From a virus (Duplodnaviria > Caudoviricetes), in the IMG/VR virus record IMGVR_UViG_3300048786_000038, positions 1-54,186 of that record: DNA of 54,186 nucleotides. One strand, written 5' to 3'. Below are positions 36,163 to 46,276 of the stretch, one piece after another. The position numbers and the translations under genes were made by a program. How positions within the stretch are numbered: the stretch's first letter is position 1; each line of letters begins with the position of its first letter. The notes below the pieces were generated by a model. It worked only from the letters and a program-made list of their open reading frames with translations, was not told where the DNA came from and searched no databases.

Positions 36163-36555
36163 ATGGAATACAAGCTTTCCGAGGACGTGGCAACCGCCGA
36201 GATTGACGAACTGCTGGATCATTACCAGATCGATGCCGCAGACGTAGAGCAGGTGAGGGCAAAGCTTATCCGCTTCTGCCGTCTGGGGCTCGTGGAGAAC
36301 GTCAAGGACGGCGCGGAGTTCAAGGTGCGGCAGAACTTCCTTTACCCGCCGGGCGAGGTCAAGGCCGTCACCTATGCCGAGGTCCACGGCAAGCACAAAA
36401 TCGCCATGGACGAGCACAAGGCAACCGCCGCCTACACGCGCATCTACTCCCTGATGGCTTCACTTTCGGGCCTTCCGATCGACGCATTCAAGGACCTCAA
36501 GAGCGTCGACATATCGGTGGTGGAGTGCCTGGGCGCGGTTTTTATCGCGGGGTAG
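36163..36555 (+). CDS. Tail assembly chaperone
   Basis: Position before the tape measure gene; ends DISVVECLGAVF. Confidence 0.8.
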   Translation: MEYKLSEDVATAEIDELLDHYQIDAADVEQVRAKLIRFCRLGLVENVKDGAEFKVRQNFLYPPGEVKAVTYAEVHGKHKIAMDEHKATAAYTRIYSLMASLSGLPIDAFKDLKSVDISVVECLGAVFIAG

Positions 36556-36713
36556 AGCGGATGCACCAGTGGATGGGCAATCTGTTCTACCGGGGGGCAA
36601 TACCCTCAGAGATCGAAGGCATGAGCTTCGGGAGCATCCACTATTGGAACGACTGGCATAACCTGATGAGAAGGGCCGAGGAAGATGCCGCGCGGAAGCT
36701 GAAAGGAAAGTAA
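36537..36713 (+). CDS. Chaperone -1 frameshift extension (gpGT-like)
   Basis: G GTT TTT at 36537-36543; -1 frame open with PSEIEGM...YW. Confidence 0.7.
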   Translation, partial: GFYRGVERMHQWMGNLFYRGAIPSEIEGMSFGSIHYWNDWHNLMRRAEEDAARKLKGK

Positions 36714-38138
36714 GTGCCTGATTTTGCCGTTCGCGCCACAATATCAGCTACCGACAAATTGAGCGGCGTCTTTGCTCGCATGGAAAAGAACGTCGGCCAT
36801 TTCGGGTCGATCTTCAAGGGCGTCCTTGCCGGGAATCTTGCATCGTCAGCAATTCAGAAAGCAGTTGGAATGCTCGGCGAGCTTCCCAAAATGCTCGGAG
36901 AGTTTGCAGAGCGCGGAGATCAAATCGAACGAACCTCAAAGATACTCGGCATATCCGCGGACTCATTCCAGCGCCTCTCTTACGCCGCAAAGATTACGGG
37001 AACCCCTATTGATATAATGAGGGGCGGATTAGAAAAGCTGAACAAGGCCATTGGCCTCGGCGAGCGCGGCATGGGCCCACTCATCCATCAGGTCATGCGC
37101 CTTGACGGACCGCTGGGCGCTCAGTTGCGCACGGTAAAATCATCGGATCAAGCCTTCATGATGGTGGCCGACGCCGTGGCCCGAACCTCGGACAAGATGA
37201 AACAGGCGGCAATAGTGACCGCGGTGTTCGGCCGCTCGGGGCAAGAAATGCTCCCCATGCTCCTTGAGGGCAGCGCGGGACTTGAGAAGCTGAAAGCCTC
37301 GGCGAAGGATGTTATATCCGACAAGGCACTTTCTTCAGCCGATGTTTTCCGAAAGAACATGATCGACCTCAAGGAAAACGTGCAGGCGCTAAAGGATCGC
37401 GTTCTTTCTTTTGCCATAACACTCGCCGAGAAGTATCTGCCCCCGATCATGAAATGGCTCGATGCGAACCGCGAGATCATCGCCACCAAGATCGAGAACT
37501 TCATCGACCGATTTGCAACCGCCCTTGAAAACGCGCGCCCCGTTTTGCAATTTCTCTTGAAGGCGGCAGGATGGCTCATCAGCAACTGGCCCGTGCTCGG
37601 CGCCGTATATCTCGGATGGATCGCCGCGCAGATCGCGCTGGACGCCGCGCTGGATGCAAACCCCATCGGGCTGATCACCCTTGCAATCCAGGCGATGATC
37701 GTTGAGGTCCTCATCGTCATCCGCTACTGGCACGAGATCACCTCTGCCCTCGAAGCTTCATGGAATTGGTTCAATAAGCTTTTCGGGAATCCTTGGATAA
37801 AGATTGCCATGGCTGCCCTTGCGGAGCCGTTCCTCTTGGTCGCCTCTGTCATACAGACGATTATTGATCTCATCCAAGGCAAGGGACTCAGCTCGTTCAA
37901 GGATCTTATCAAGGCAGCGGGTCCTATTGGGATCGCCCTTGATTTGCTTGGGGTCGGAGGCGGAGCTAATGCCGGACACATTGCAGGTCCCGCGCGCGCA
38001 CCGAACGAAGGCGGCATGTCGAATTGGAATTTCATCAACCAGGTGAATGTCGATAATTCAAGGGCTCCCGGCGTGAGTTCTCAAGTTTACGTAGCCCCCC
38101 CCATCACCGGACACCCTGGCTATCAGAGCGAAGGATAG
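36714..38138 (+). CDS. Tape measure protein
   Basis: ISATDKLS, FGRSGQEMLP, ANPIGLI. Confidence 0.9.
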   Translation: MPDFAVRATISATDKLSGVFARMEKNVGHFGSIFKGVLAGNLASSAIQKAVGMLGELPKMLGEFAERGDQIERTSKILGISADSFQRLSYAAKITGTPIDIMRGGLEKLNKAIGLGERGMGPLIHQVMRLDGPLGAQLRTVKSSDQAFMMVADAVARTSDKMKQAAIVTAVFGRSGQEMLPMLLEGSAGLEKLKASAKDVISDKALSSADVFRKNMIDLKENVQALKDRVLSFAITLAEKYLPPIMKWLDANREIIATKIENFIDRFATALENARPVLQFLLKAAGWLISNWPVLGAVYLGWIAAQIALDAALDANPIGLITLAIQAMIVEVLIVIRYWHEITSALEASWNWFNKLFGNPWIKIAMAALAEPFLLVASVIQTIIDLIQGKGLSSFKDLIKAAGPIGIALDLLGVGGGANAGHIAGPARAPNEGGMSNWNFINQVNVDNSRAPGVSSQVYVAPPITGHPGYQSEG

Positions 38139-39440
38139 ATGAGCGACATACCTTCGATCCCGTGGATGCAACGCCTCCAGCCGCTCATCACGCTCACCGC
38201 TCCCAACGGCGTAACGCAATACTCATGCTACTGGCGCGGCGATGACATCTCGGGTGCGAAGGCAGTCCCGCAGTTCCGCTACCCGCTGTACGACGGGGTG
38301 AAGGTCCAGGACCTCGGCGCCGACGGCCTGTCATGGCCGCTGACGTTGACCTTCGAAGGCGACAACAACGACCTCACCGCGATGGCCTTTGCGAAAGATT
38401 TCCTCGCACAGCGCGGCAACTGGGCCGTACAGCATCCCGTCTACGGCACGCACAACCTGCAAGGCATTACGGTAAAGATTCTCGCGCACCCCGTTGACTC
38501 GGGAAACATCACGCAGGTGGAAACGACGTGGATCGAGCCCGCCGATGACAGCATAGGGACTTCCGTCGGCGAGCTCGGCGCACAGATCGTCGCACAGGCG
38601 GAGACGGCAAACGCATCCGCGCAGGCGGAACTTGCACAGATCAACACCGCGGCGACGAACATCTCGCAGACCGTTTTCTCGGGCTTGCAGCAGGGACTCA
38701 ACTTCCTCGGCCTTTCCACGTTGCAGTCAATCGTCGCAACAGCCTCACTCGTGCAGGGGGCAATCAGCCAGACCTACCAACAGCTTGTCGCGGCAATCGC
38801 CGCCCCCGGGCTTGCACTGGATACCCTGGCGCAATTGTTTCAGACCATCGTGCAGGCACCCGCTGCGGTGGCCGCAACCGAGACCGCGCTTGTCGCAGGC
38901 TACACGCAGTTCATCGGCGACATAGTGGATTCGATCACGGGACTGATCACCCCGTCGGGAATCGCCGCCACGCAGACCAACGAGATGATCCTCGGCGCGG
39001 CGGTGACCGGCGCATGCCTTGCGGTTGCAAACAACGCCCCTGCCACGCGCGAGGAAGCGGTGACCGCGATCAACAATATCTCCTCCCTCTGGCAGGACGT
39101 GCTTTCGGCACTGGATGCCGTGCAAAATGCAAGTGCCGCGAACGACATCACGCAGTCGTATGTCACGTTCAGCACAACCTACACCGACCTTGCGCAGCTT
39201 GTAGGACTCACGCTGCAATACCTCCTGTCGGTGATCTTCGACCTCAAGGTGGCATACACGTTCACCCTTGACCGCCCGCGAGTGCCCTTCGAGATCGCGT
39301 GCACGGAGTACGGAAGCGAGTACGATGCGGCAGGCAATTCCTACGTCGACCTGTTCATCGCATCAAATCACCTCACGGGTGAAAGCGTCATGCTCCTGTA
39401 CCCCGGCACGCAGGTGACGATCTACTCGGTGGCCGGATGA
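38139..39440 (+). CDS. DNA circularisation/baseplate protein (Mu gpN-like)
   Basis: FRYP...VQDLG, QHPVYG. Confidence 0.8.
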   Translation: MSDIPSIPWMQRLQPLITLTAPNGVTQYSCYWRGDDISGAKAVPQFRYPLYDGVKVQDLGADGLSWPLTLTFEGDNNDLTAMAFAKDFLAQRGNWAVQHPVYGTHNLQGITVKILAHPVDSGNITQVETTWIEPADDSIGTSVGELGAQIVAQAETANASAQAELAQINTAATNISQTVFSGLQQGLNFLGLSTLQSIVATASLVQGAISQTYQQLVAAIAAPGLALDTLAQLFQTIVQAPAAVAATETALVAGYTQFIGDIVDSITGLITPSGIAATQTNEMILGAAVTGACLAVANNAPATREEAVTAINNISSLWQDVLSALDAVQNASAANDITQSYVTFSTTYTDLAQLVGLTLQYLLSVIFDLKVAYTFTLDRPRVPFEIACTEYGSEYDAAGNSYVDLFIASNHLTGESVMLLYPGTQVTIYSVAG

Positions 39441-40690
39441 ACAGCACCAGCGGTCGCCAGCTTCAATACTCGCCCTTCCAGGCTCCCGATCAAATCAAGA
39501 TGGCCGCCAAGATGCAGGCGCAGATTGCGCGCATGGCGGGAACGGACAAGAACCTTTTCACGCTCATCCTCGGCACGCGCAAGGTCAAGGTGCTCACGGG
39601 GCACGTCTCGTGGGCAATTGATGAAATGGCAAGCGGCTGGACTGCGGAGATCGCATGGGTTCCGCCCCCGCTTTCCGGCTCCGACCAGGCGATACAGGAT
39701 TCTGTTGCACCCTACGCCTACCCCTACGCGCAAGTCTTTCTCGGTCCGAACCTCGTGAACACCGGCTACCTCTACACGGTCACCAATTCCTTCTCCCTCG
39801 ACGGCCTCACGAAAACCCTGGAAGGTGCATCGTTTACCGCCGACCTCGTGGATAGCGACCTACAGGGGCCTGCGGACGTAGGTGGCGCGGGCATCTTCGA
39901 TTGGGAGAACATATCGGTCTGGAACCTTGCAAACCAGCTTTGCGCTGCGCTGCCCGTACCGATCAACGTCGTGACCGATCTGAATGAGAAGGTAGTTCCG
40001 ACCGCGCAAGGCGATCTCGTACTGGATAACGCGCCATTCCCCTACATCCAGGCGGAGCCCACGGAGAAGTACGGCGAGCTATTCACGCGGCTTGCATTTC
40101 AGCGCGGCATGCTTGTCACCACAGACCAATACGGCGACCTGTACTTGACCGCGCCCAAACTAAAACAGGATCCCGTCGCCACACTCGGGGAAGGCGATAT
40201 CAGGTCGTGGATCAAAATGATGTCATCGACCGCGGGTTCCGCGCACTCCCCGAAATGGGAAGCGAAGTTTGACGGCCGCAAGCGCTTCTATCGCTACACC
40301 GTCTATTGCGTCCCCGGCGACGGCGCACCGACTTCGGCTATCAGCTACGACCCTGGGATCCCGAACAATCGCATGAACGCAATCGTCACCCCCGACACCG
40401 GCATCGGTGCGTTGGGCATCACCGCCGCATGGAAACGCTCGCGCACGCTTGCCGATGCACTGACCATTCCCTTCCCCGTCACCTCGTGGTACACGCCGTC
40501 GGGTGCACTCTGGACACCCGGCACGATGGTCATGGTGCACGCGCCTTCGATTCACATCAACACGCCGTTTCAGTTCCTCATTCGCAAGGTCGAGTACATG
40601 TTCGAGCCGCGCGGGGCGACGGCCGTGCTTTCACTGCTTCCCCCGCAAGCGTACACCGGAGACCCGATCCCCGAAGGGATATTCTCATGA
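39437..40690 (+). CDS. Baseplate hub (Mu gpP-like)
   Basis: TADLVDS, FDGRKRF, LWTPGTMV. Confidence 0.82.
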   Translation: MNSTSGRQLQYSPFQAPDQIKMAAKMQAQIARMAGTDKNLFTLILGTRKVKVLTGHVSWAIDEMASGWTAEIAWVPPPLSGSDQAIQDSVAPYAYPYAQVFLGPNLVNTGYLYTVTNSFSLDGLTKTLEGASFTADLVDSDLQGPADVGGAGIFDWENISVWNLANQLCAALPVPINVVTDLNEKVVPTAQGDLVLDNAPFPYIQAEPTEKYGELFTRLAFQRGMLVTTDQYGDLYLTAPKLKQDPVATLGEGDIRSWIKMMSSTAGSAHSPKWEAKFDGRKRFYRYTVYCVPGDGAPTSAISYDPGIPNNRMNAIVTPDTGIGALGITAAWKRSRTLADALTIPFPVTSWYTPSGALWTPGTMVMVHAPSIHINTPFQFLIRKVEYMFEPRGATAVLSLLPPQAYTGDPIPEGIFS

Positions 40691-41316
40691 GCACGATCCG
40701 CATCGGTGTCGTCAAAGGCGTTCCGCCGAACAATACCGCGGGTCTTTCACTTACTACGGGCGTCGCGCAGCCGAAGAATGGACAGACCCCGTTCAAGGCT
40801 CGATTCGTTCAAGTGCAGGCGGGTCCCGCCGTCTACCTCGTTCAGCTCATCCCGCAGTCGGGAGAAGACGCATCACCGCCAAACGGCAGTATAGTCGCCA
40901 TCCTTGAGTCTGCTGGCATCCGCCTCGGGGTAGCCGTGCAGGACAACGTACCGCCGTCGGTGGCGCTGAATCAGGGGGAAAAGCGCGTCTACGGCAGTGA
41001 CGGCAGCGGTAACTTGCTCGGCCTCATCAAGTTCAAGGCCAACGGCAAGCTCTACATCGGAAACGCCAACCTTGACGCCAACCCGTCGAAGAACCCGCAA
41101 TACGCGCCGCTGGGCACTTCGCTTGCCAACCTCATGAGCGCGCTTTCGAGTCTGCTTTCCGACCTCACCACGCTTGCATCCGCGCTTGCCTCGGCCACGA
41201 CCATCGCCAACGTTGCCGCAGCGGGTGCCGCACTGCAATTGAACCTTCCCTCGGTCACGCAAACCATTACCAGTGCGCAGAACGCAATCGCCGCGTTACT
41301 GGATACAAGTCAATGA
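40687..41316 (+). CDS. Baseplate spike (Mu gp45-like)
   Basis: GEDASPP, LNQGEKRVY; position. Confidence 0.75.
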   Translation: MSTIRIGVVKGVPPNNTAGLSLTTGVAQPKNGQTPFKARFVQVQAGPAVYLVQLIPQSGEDASPPNGSIVAILESAGIRLGVAVQDNVPPSVALNQGEKRVYGSDGSGNLLGLIKFKANGKLYIGNANLDANPSKNPQYAPLGTSLANLMSALSSLLSDLTTLASALASATTIANVAAAGAALQLNLPSVTQTITSAQNAIAALLDTSQ

Positions 41317-41747
41317 GTGCAACCGACCGATTCTCAGGCGAGCCCCTCATCATCCTCACGCAGGCGGGCGTCGATCAGTCGTGGTCGGGCGGGCAGCCGC
41401 TCATGGATCAAGGGCTTTGCAATCAGGCGATCCTCTCGCTTTTCACGCGCAAGGGCTGGGTCGGCAATCAATTCCTGCCGCTTGAATCGCAGATCGGAAG
41501 TGACTTCGAAAAGGCATGCGAGGAAGAGGCGATCACGCTGGCCTCGATCACCGCCACTATCCCCAACGCCGCACTTGCCGCACTCTCCTGCGACTACTTC
41601 AAAAACATAACGGTAGCCGTCGCCAACCCGAACGCCTGGAACCTCACGATCACGATTCACCTTGGCTCGGGGCAGACGCTCCTGCTTTCCAAGTCGGGCC
41701 TTAAGTGGGCGGCGCAAGCGAACCAGAATCTCACGGAGGAGAGTTGA
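41313..41747 (+). CDS. Baseplate protein (Mu gp46-like)
   Basis: ILSLFT..GWVGN...IGS. Confidence 0.8.
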   Translation: MSATDRFSGEPLIILTQAGVDQSWSGGQPLMDQGLCNQAILSLFTRKGWVGNQFLPLESQIGSDFEKACEEEAITLASITATIPNAALAALSCDYFKNITVAVANPNAWNLTITIHLGSGQTLLLSKSGLKWAAQANQNLTEES

Positions 41748-43222
41748 TGCCTGACACGATCCCCACCACGCAACAGATCGTCAACCGCATCCTCTCAAAC
41801 CTTCAAGGGCAGTTGAACCAGACGATCCCGCCGTCACAGCGCGCATGGGCGAATGTGCTGGCCGTGGCCCTGGCGATGATCTCCACCTCCGAGTACAAGT
41901 ACATGGCCTCACAGGTCATGGAAAACCTTGCGATCACCGCAACAGGCCCGCATCTTGACGTACTGGGCAGCGAGTACAACACCCCGAGACAGCAGGCGAT
42001 ATCTTGCATCGCCGTGCTCTCTGTACCCGGTACGCCCGCGACGATCATCCCGCAAGGCAAGATCATCGTGGACACGGCAACCGGAAACCTCTACGTCTCA
42101 ACTGCCGCGGCCACGATAGGCGCAACCCCCGCGGCGGTATCGGTAACGGCACTGATTGCAGGATCGGCGACGAACGTCAGCGTGTCGGATACGTTTTCCC
42201 TTCAATCGGCTATTGTCGGCGTATCATCCCCTATATCGGTAAGGAATATTACCACGCAGGGAACGGATGCCGAGACCGATAGCGTCTACCGTGTGCAATT
42301 GCTTGCCGTCATCCGCGCGGTCGGCGGAGGGTCGAACACGGCGGACGTTGCCGTATGGGCGCAATCGGTACCCGGTGTTGCCATGGCCTACTGCTACGGC
42401 GGCCTTCCCTTCAACGGCCTTTTGCTGACGCCGAACGAGTATGCCGCACAGCTTGTCGAGATAATCGGCTCCCCGTCGTCGGGAACGTTCTCGCTGTACT
42501 TCAACGGGCAGGTGACCGCCCCGCTTCCCTTCAACCCGACTGCGGGACAGATCGCAACGGCCATGCAGGCGCTGTTCGGCGCGGGCTCCGTTTCCTGCTC
42601 GGCGCTTTCAAATGGAGCAGGATTCAAGGGCTTCATGCTCTCGGGGTTCTCGACCTTCGCCCCCGTGTTCCTTGCATCAAACGGCCTCGGAGGAGACACG
42701 AACCCCACGGTCTACGTATTCCCCAACGCCCCTCCCGCGCGCACGGTTTACGTGCAGTGCACGACCTCGGTCAACCCGCAAGGCATTCCCCCGGCGGCCA
42801 TGCTCACGGCGGTCACGCAGGCGATACACTACAACGCGGCGGGTATCGCCAACCAGCCGCTTGGCATTACCATGGACGAGCTTTTCGTCATGCCCTGCAC
42901 GTCAACGGGATTCTATGTCACGATCACGACGCTGAACCCTGGCAACTCGACGGCTGGCGTCGTGCAGACCGCGATTCAGACGGCCCTTGCCACCTACTTC
43001 TCGACGCAGGTGCAGCCCTACGTCGACGGGGTGACGCCCGTTTTCGCGCGTAGCGATTTGATCACGCAGGCATCGGTGACGGCCGTCGTGCAATCGGTGC
43101 TTCAAACCTACGGCGCCTCATGCGCATCGGTGGGCTTCGGGCCGACGCCAGGCGCGTTCCTTGCCACGTACCAGCTTGGCGAGGGCGAGCTTGCCAACTT
43201 CGCGGGAGTCACCTACCAGTAA
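41747..43222 (+). CDS. Baseplate J-like wedge protein (Mu gp47) with an inserted domain
   Basis: TATGPHLD, GTDAETDSVYR, WAQSVPGV, YQLGEGELA. Confidence 0.88.
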   Translation: MPDTIPTTQQIVNRILSNLQGQLNQTIPPSQRAWANVLAVALAMISTSEYKYMASQVMENLAITATGPHLDVLGSEYNTPRQQAISCIAVLSVPGTPATIIPQGKIIVDTATGNLYVSTAAATIGATPAAVSVTALIAGSATNVSVSDTFSLQSAIVGVSSPISVRNITTQGTDAETDSVYRVQLLAVIRAVGGGSNTADVAVWAQSVPGVAMAYCYGGLPFNGLLLTPNEYAAQLVEIIGSPSSGTFSLYFNGQVTAPLPFNPTAGQIATAMQALFGAGSVSCSALSNGAGFKGFMLSGFSTFAPVFLASNGLGGDTNPTVYVFPNAPPARTVYVQCTTSVNPQGIPPAAMLTAVTQAIHYNAAGIANQPLGITMDELFVMPCTSTGFYVTITTLNPGNSTAGVVQTAIQTALATYFSTQVQPYVDGVTPVFARSDLITQASVTAVVQSVLQTYGASCASVGFGPTPGAFLATYQLGEGELANFAGVTYQ

Positions 43223-44355
43223 TGAGTGACCCGATCCAGATGAGAAACGTGCTGAATGCCCTGCTTCCCGAGGGACGCGCGCATGCACCCGTCGTCCCCG
43301 GCAATCCGCTGGATGAGTTCTACGAGGCACTTGCCGCGGCGTTGCAACTGGATCACAACGATTTCCAAACCCTTGTCAGCATCCGCAATCCCTACACGAC
43401 CCCGATCCTCTCGGACCTTGAGCGCGAGTACGGGATCATGCCGTCGGCGGGCCAGACCATCGCCCAGCGGCAGGCAATCCTCCAGTACCACAAAACCGCG
43501 CGCGGCCTTTCGGGCCAGTGGTGGGTATTGCAAAACGCGATCAACGCGGCGGGATTCACGGGCGTCAACGTCCTTCCCAACGACCCCGCGGTCAATCCCG
43601 CGCCATTCCTCGGCGGGACCCCGCAGGCGTGGTGCGGTAATGCTACCTCCTGTTGCGGCTACTTCTCGTCGGGGGCGGGCGGGGTCGTGCTCATCACCTA
43701 CACGCCGTCGGGTTCGGCGTACCTCCTGCTTGGGCCGGGGGAGTCACCTGGCACGCAGCCGCTATTCAAGTCGCAGGGACCGGCGAATGCAACGGTCAGG
43801 ACAAGCGGCGGATTTTTCTCCTTCTCGACGTTCACCGTGCCAACCGTTGCCGCATACTCGCAGTACATCCTGCTCGGCCCGGGGGAGACGCCGGGGAGTC
43901 AACCTGCTTTCGAATCGCAAGGTCCGCCGAATGCGAACTATGCGAAGTCCGGCGGCGTAACTACGGTCACACCCGTGTATACTGCGGTCTGCTCATCTCC
44001 TACCAACGGGCAACTTGTCGTCAACGGCCAGCAGTACCAGAACGCGGGAGCGGTCCTCGGGTGCGGCTCGGGCATCTGGTGTCACCCGGTGTACGCGGGG
44101 CAGTACAACAATAACGAATGCGGGAGTTTCGTCTACGCGATCCAGTTGCTTTCGCAGTTCGGGCCACCGCAGGATCCCGGGCGCTATCCGCTGGTGTTCT
44201 TTGTCGGCGGCTCGGCTACCTATGATGCGGCGGGGCATCTGTTGACGATATCCAACTGCAACGTGCCCCCGACGCGCGTGCAGGAGCTTGCGACTTTGAT
44301 CTTGCGCTACAAGCCGCTTCACACGTGGGCGGCGCTACTCATGAACGCGGTATAG
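43222..44355 (+). CDS. Baseplate wedge protein (Mu gp48-like) with an internal repeat
   Basis: ALLPEGRA, LSDLEREYG, ILRYKPLHTWA. Confidence 0.82.
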   Translation: MSDPIQMRNVLNALLPEGRAHAPVVPGNPLDEFYEALAAALQLDHNDFQTLVSIRNPYTTPILSDLEREYGIMPSAGQTIAQRQAILQYHKTARGLSGQWWVLQNAINAAGFTGVNVLPNDPAVNPAPFLGGTPQAWCGNATSCCGYFSSGAGGVVLITYTPSGSAYLLLGPGESPGTQPLFKSQGPANATVRTSGGFFSFSTFTVPTVAAYSQYILLGPGETPGSQPAFESQGPPNANYAKSGGVTTVTPVYTAVCSSPTNGQLVVNGQQYQNAGAVLGCGSGIWCHPVYAGQYNNNECGSFVYAIQLLSQFGPPQDPGRYPLVFFVGGSATYDAAGHLLTISNCNVPPTRVQELATLILRYKPLHTWAALLMNAV

Positions 44356-44362
44356 GAGGATA

Positions 44363-45235
44363 GTGATGATAGCTTACGAATCGATGGGATTGATCAATTT
44401 CTCGGGCGTGTTTCCGAACACATCCGCGATCAACGCGACCTCGGCAGGTGCAACCAACGGCACGCCGCTCATGGCCGCATGGCTGAACGACGAATGGGCG
44501 TTCTGGCAGTCAATCCTTTTCCTCGCGCAGCAGATGCCATCGGGTGTATCGGAGGCGTGCCCCGCATCCGCGACCGCCGCACTCGGCGCGGCACAGCAGA
44601 AAATCCAGTCACTTGAAATGAAGTTCGGCGCCCCCGGCGAGCTCGTATTCGACTTCATCACCCCCGGGTCAGGCACCTACCCCAACGGCGGTGCGCAGGC
44701 CATGACATGGGGCGCATCCACCGGCGGGCCCCCGACGCGCTACCAGTACCGCCGCGTGCTTCCGCTTCAAAACCAGCGCGTGCTCATCGCCTCGTACCCC
44801 GACCTATGCGCGGCCCTGTACTGCGGCGACGGATCGAATGCGACCGCCGACTACTGCTACAAGTCAACCGACTCAGGCGGCGTGACACACTCGACGTCGG
44901 GCACCTACTTTACGCTTCCCGATTGCCGGGGGCTTACGCTTCGCGGAATCGACTGGACAAAGGCGCACGACCCCCTCGGCGACATTCGTGGCGTAGGCAA
45001 CGCCCACGGCCTCCTTGCCAGTCTGCAGCAGGATGCGTTCCAGGGACATTGGCATAACGCTAAGACCGACACTGCTCTCGGGGCTGGAGGTCTTTCTGCT
45101 ATACGTCCTCCCGGTGCTAGTACAGATTCATCAACCGTAAAAGACCCGGTGACCGACAGCGTCAACGGCACCCCGCGAACGGATAAAGAAACCCGCATGT
45201 ACAACTTCTCGTGCAACATCGGAGTGAGGTATTAG
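44363..45235 (+). CDS. Tail fibre protein with collar domain
   Basis: YPDLCAAL, FTLPDCRGLTLRG, QQDAFQGHWH, PRTDKETR. Confidence 0.85.
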   Translation: MMIAYESMGLINFSGVFPNTSAINATSAGATNGTPLMAAWLNDEWAFWQSILFLAQQMPSGVSEACPASATAALGAAQQKIQSLEMKFGAPGELVFDFITPGSGTYPNGGAQAMTWGASTGGPPTRYQYRRVLPLQNQRVLIASYPDLCAALYCGDGSNATADYCYKSTDSGGVTHSTSGTYFTLPDCRGLTLRGIDWTKAHDPLGDIRGVGNAHGLLASLQQDAFQGHWHNAKTDTALGAGGLSAIRPPGASTDSSTVKDPVTDSVNGTPRTDKETRMYNFSCNIGVRY

Positions 45236-45236
45236 C

Positions 45237-46049
45237 ATGAAAACCGTGATCCATCAAATCGTTGACGGCTATGACGTGGTGCTCGGCTTCGGGCAAGCGG
45301 CGGTCGACCCCGTAGCGTTATCCGCGAAGGTGACCCCGCAGCTTGCGACAACCGTAGAGGCAGGGGCATGCGCATCGCTATCGCAGGCGATCAACGCGGC
45401 CGCACTTTCTCAGGCGCAATCAACATCGCAGGCGATCTACAACGAGCGCACTGCGGCGCTGAACGCGCTCATCGCGAAGTGGGGGCCGCTATCGGCGGCA
45501 CTGGACGCACGGCACACGGCGTTGAACGTGGCACTCGACCAGGACCCCAGCGTGCACTTCACCCCAGGGTCGTTTGACAGCGTGAAAGAAGATTTCCTGC
45601 TTGACCCGCAATTTGCCACGCTCTCGGCGATCACCGATGCGCAAGCGGTAAACCCGCAGCGGTGCATGATCTGCATCGACACGACGCTGGTAGTCGACAA
45701 TCGCGGTACGCTTTACTGGACGCAGGCGGGCGGCATCTGGACGCAGGCGCTCATCACGACACTGGGGGCCACGGTCCCCGACGGTGCAACACTGGACGCC
45801 GCACTCACAGCAGACCAGCGCACGCAGATTGCGGCACAAGCAGAGGCCGCGCGCGTGGCTTCCCTCTCACCCGATGCGGCACTTGCCGAGGCCACGGCGC
45901 AGCAGCAGGCGGCAAAGGCGATAGTCGCGGAGGTGCAGACGGAGGTCACTGCGGGTGTATCGACGGCCGCGCAATTAGCGTCGGCGCAAGCGGTCTACGC
46001 GCAAGCGCTGGAGGCGATCAACGCGAAGTACGGATTGACGCTGGAATAA
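45237..46049 (+). CDS. Tail fibre assembly-like protein
   Basis: Follows the fibre gene; DNRGTLYW...ITTLGATVP. Confidence 0.6.
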   Translation: MKTVIHQIVDGYDVVLGFGQAAVDPVALSAKVTPQLATTVEAGACASLSQAINAAALSQAQSTSQAIYNERTAALNALIAKWGPLSAALDARHTALNVALDQDPSVHFTPGSFDSVKEDFLLDPQFATLSAITDAQAVNPQRCMICIDTTLVVDNRGTLYWTQAGGIWTQALITTLGATVPDGATLDAALTADQRTQIAAQAEAARVASLSPDAALAEATAQQQAAKAIVAEVQTEVTAGVSTAAQLASAQAVYAQALEAINAKYGLTLE

Positions 46050-46122
46050 AAAAAGCGGGGCCTGCGCGCTCACCCGCATCCCCGCTCTCTCTTGCCCCGT
46101 CGAAAGGCGGGGCTTTTCTATT
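46048..46122. terminator. Terminator hairpins at the convergence point
   Basis: A-run plus AGCGGGG...CCCCGCT; GCCCCG-N8-CGGGGC followed by TTTTCT. Confidence 0.75.
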
Positions 46123-46276
46123 TCTTCTTCGACCAGCATGAGGCGCAAATGCCTTCCATACCCTTACCAAAGTCCTTGCTTCCGCAAAGCTTGCAGGTGA
46201 ATCCCTCCCACTTCTCATTACCAGTATAGCCGAATATCTTGAGAATCGGGTTCGCTTCCTCCCTTGCTTCACTCAC
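46118..46276 (-). CDS. Small Zn-finger protein
   Basis: CKLC...CASC; GTGA overlap with the lipoprotein stop. Confidence 0.5.
   Translation of the reverse strand: MSEAREEANPILKIFGYTGNEKWEGFTCKLCGSKDFGKGMEGICASCWSKKK

Noticed and set aside
44363-45235. Diversity-generating retroelement target
   Set aside because: No reverse transcriptase and no template repeat seen
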